Below are positions 8,780 through 10,546 of a stretch of DNA of 10,546 bases, piece after piece (the first letter of the stretch is position 1; each line of letters starts with the position of its first letter). Under the pieces are notes generated by a model. The model saw nothing but the letters and a program-made list of their open reading frames with translations, had not been told where the DNA came from and ran no database searches. Both the position numbers and the translations under genes were made by a program. This stretch comes from Candidatus Muiribacteriota bacterium (GTDB lineage Bacteria > Muiribacteriota > Muiribacteriia > Muiribacteriales > Muiribacteriaceae): contig JBNJGP010000084.1 of the NCBI GenBank assembly GCA_051747805.1, positions 1 through 10,546 on the forward strand, in the 5' to 3' direction.

Positions 8780-9016
8780 ATGGAAAAGCAACAGTTAATA
8801 CAGAGTATTAAAAAAGGAATTAAAATGGAAGAGACGGCGGGTTCTGTTTTAATTAAACATCTGAATGCTATTTCTGACAGAACTAATTTTTCAAAAGAAA
8901 AGCAGGATTTAATTAAAAAATATTTAACCGAACTTTCAGATGAATGTGTTAAACATAAAAATATTTTAAAAAGATTAATGAAAATAATTGAAGGAGAAAA
9001 AAGAGATGTTCTCTAA
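8780..9016 (+). CDS. Small two-helix ferritin/rubrerythrin-like protein (half bundle)
   Basis: RBS AAGGAG at 8769-8774. Helix 1 is GIKMEE and helix 2 is LSDECVKH, matching the E...ExxH layout with a variant ligand. Confidence 0.6.
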   Translation: MEKQQLIQSIKKGIKMEETAGSVLIKHLNAISDRTNFSKEKQDLIKKYLTELSDECVKHKNILKRLMKIIEGEKRDVL

Positions 9017-9073
9017 ACATGATTTTATAGAGCTTGTTAAGCAGATTCGTGATTTAGAAGATAATATGCGTGA
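8975..9073 (+). repeat. Direct repeat copy 1 (99 bp)
   Basis: TTAATGAAAATAATTGAAGGAG...GATAATATGCGTGA is identical to 10448..10546. Confidence 0.95.
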
Positions 9074-9194
9074 TCATTATCAGGAACTGTATGATAAGGT
9101 TGAAACAATCAGATATAAAGAAATTTTAAAGAAGCTGGTTGATGATGAAAAAGAGCATCATCATATTGTGGATAAAATATTAGAAGGGCTGTAG
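9006..9194 (+). CDS. Small two-helix ferritin/rubrerythrin-like protein (half bundle)
   Basis: AAGGAG at 8991-8996 favours ATG 9006 (62 aa) over TTG 8988. IRDLEDNMRDHY...LVDDEKEH gives E-x6-Y and ExxH motifs. Confidence 0.7.
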   Translation: MFSKHDFIELVKQIRDLEDNMRDHYQELYDKVETIRYKEILKKLVDDEKEHHHIVDKILEGL

Positions 9195-9222
9195 AACATT
9201 TTTAATATTTACATAAAAAAAT

Positions 9223-9288
9223 TTGATATAAATGAAATAACACAGTATATTAATAATCCTTGACCCATTATCAATTTAATACTATAAT
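9223..9288 (+). promoter_or_regulatory. Two tandem sigma70-like promoters; the proximal one predicts a leaderless transcript
   Basis: TTGATA(9223-9228)-17-TATATT(9246-9251) and TTGACC(9260-9265)-17-TATAAT(9283-9288). ATG 9295 begins 7 nt after the last base of the -10 box and has no SD. Confidence 0.6.
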
Positions 9289-9294
9289 CTTAAC

Positions 9295-9789
9295 ATGTTT
9301 TATTTAGAAATTTTAAAAGAATTATATGAAAATAAAATTAAATATTTAATTGTTGGTGGATTGGCTGTAAACCTTCATAATGTTCCAAGAATGACAAATG
9401 ATATTGATATTATAATTTCTACCGATAAAAAAAATGTAGATACTTTATGTGACTTACTGGAAGAAATGAATTTTATTCCTAGAATACCTGTAAATCCCAA
9501 AGATATTTCCAACTCGAAAACAATTACAGAATGGAAAGAGTTAAGAAATTTAAAAGCATTATCTTTTTTTAATAAAAAATTTAGTTATAAAGAAATAGAT
9601 ATTTTATTGATACATCCTTTAAATTTTGATGTAGCATATAAAAAAAAAGATGTTAGAATAATCAATAAAATTCCTGTTAATCTAGTTAATATAGATGATT
9701 TAATAATAATGAAAGAATATAGTGGTAGAAAACAGGATATAAATGATATTAAACTACTAAAACAAATTAAGGATATAAAAAATGGATAA
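9295..9789 (+). CDS. Nucleotidyltransferase of the AbiEii/MenT1-like type, putative toxin
   Basis: YLIVGGLAV-x5-PRMTNDID motif (GG...RxTxDxD) and C-terminal LIIMK...GRKQDINDI. Confidence 0.75.
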   Translation: MFYLEILKELYENKIKYLIVGGLAVNLHNVPRMTNDIDIIISTDKKNVDTLCDLLEEMNFIPRIPVNPKDISNSKTITEWKELRNLKALSFFNKKFSYKEIDILLIHPLNFDVAYKKKDVRIINKIPVNLVNIDDLIIMKEYSGRKQDINDIKLLKQIKDIKNG

Positions 9790-9964
9790 TTCATTTTTTT
9801 TATATGAATTAGATGATGAAAAGTTAATAGCATATTCAAAATTATCAGATGAAGAAAAATTAATGTGGTTGGAAGATGCGCTAATTTTTAATCAATTAGC
9901 TTTTACAGATGAAGATAAAAAAATTAGAAAACAAATATTAAATAAAATTAAAGAGAAAAAATGA
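9782..9964 (+). CDS. Small helical protein, putative antitoxin or partner of the nucleotidyltransferase
   Basis: 60 aa, 8-nt overlap with the NTase stop, AAGGAT upstream. Acidic amphipathic helix LSDEEKLMWLE. Confidence 0.55.
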   Translation: MDNSFFLYELDDEKLIAYSKLSDEEKLMWLEDALIFNQLAFTDEDKKIRKQILNKIKEKK

Positions 9965-10464
9965 AATATATATTTTATAGATTAATAGGCTTTTTAATAG
10001 TGCTCCTTCCAGTTCAGCTTTTATATATGGTAGCCGAAAAAATAGGACAGACTGCATATTTTTTCTGGGGCTCAAGAAGAAAGATTGGATTAAATAACTT
10101 AAAAACAGCTTTTCCCGAAAAAAATAAAAACGAATTAAAAAGCATTTTAAAACAAACATTTATCAATTTTGCCATAACTTTTTTTGAAATATTCAAACAA
10201 CCTTATTTAAAAGGAAATATTGAAAAGATATTTAAAGTAGAAGGACTGGAAAACCTTGAAAGAGCTTATCAGAAAAATAAAGGAGTTCTTCTAATTACAT
10301 CACATTTTGGAAACTGGGAAGTAGCCGGAAGTTTAATATGTTTACTTGGTTATAAGCTCGCAGTTGTGCAAAAAACTCAAAATAATTTAGCATTTGATAA
10401 ATTAATAAATTATTACAGACAGTTAAATGGAATTTATAATAAAGCTTTTAATGAAAATAATTGA
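9961..10464 (+). pseudogene. LpxL/HtrB-family lipid A (lysophospholipid) acyltransferase, truncated as assembled
   Basis: RRKIGLNNLKTAFPE, VEGLENL, KGVLLITSHFGNWE (HxxxxE catalytic motif). Only 167 aa versus about 300 typical; the stop lies inside the duplicated segment. Confidence 0.75.
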
Positions 10465-10546
10465 AGGAGAAAAAAGAGATGTTCTCTAAACATGATTTTA
10501 TAGAGCTTGTTAAGCAGATTCGTGATTTAGAAGATAATATGCGTGA
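10448..10546 (+). repeat. Direct repeat copy 2 (99 bp, runs to the window end), containing the RBS and start of the second half-ferritin gene
   Basis: Exact match to 8975..9073 at an offset of 1473 bp. Identity stops at 10447/8974 (T vs A). Confidence 0.95.

Noticed and set aside
8988..9005. TTG start at 8988 for the second half-ferritin
   Set aside because: The AAGGAG SD lies downstream of it and is suitably spaced for ATG 9006.
9585..10196. Minus-strand ORFs 9585..9839, 9938..10159 and 10014..10196
   Set aside because: Antisense to A-rich genes, which produces spurious F/L/I-rich translations.
8975..10546. IS or integrative element bounded by the direct repeats
   Set aside because: No transposase, integrase or terminal inverted repeats, and the repeat is ordinary coding sequence.
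1..10546. CRISPR array, tRNA/rRNA genes, clear intrinsic terminators
   Set aside because: No regularly spaced repeats, cloverleaf or rRNA-like sequence, and no convincing GC stem plus U-tract after any gene was seen.

Overview
AT-rich bacterial window with every credible gene on the + strand. The lipobox, predicted outer-membrane barrel and lipid A acyltransferase-like gene suggest a diderm host. From left to right: (1) a palindrome-rich intergenic region with a sigma70-like promoter; (2) a secreted permuted NlpC/P60 (YiiX/YebB-like) enzyme; (3) a large acidic lipoprotein with Pmp-like beta-helix repeats; (4) a tightly coupled operon encoding a TPR + beta-barrel protein, a cellulose-synthase-like GT2 without PilZ, a GH26 hydrolase and two small half-ferritin proteins, which looks like an atypical synthase-dependent exopolysaccharide system; (5) a probably leaderless MenT1/AbiEii-like nucleotidyltransferase plus a 60-aa partner; (6) an LpxL/HtrB-family acyltransferase cut off by an exact 99-bp copy of 8975..9073 at the window end (tandem duplication or assembly loop). 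All family calls come from motifs recognised by eye; no database searches were run.
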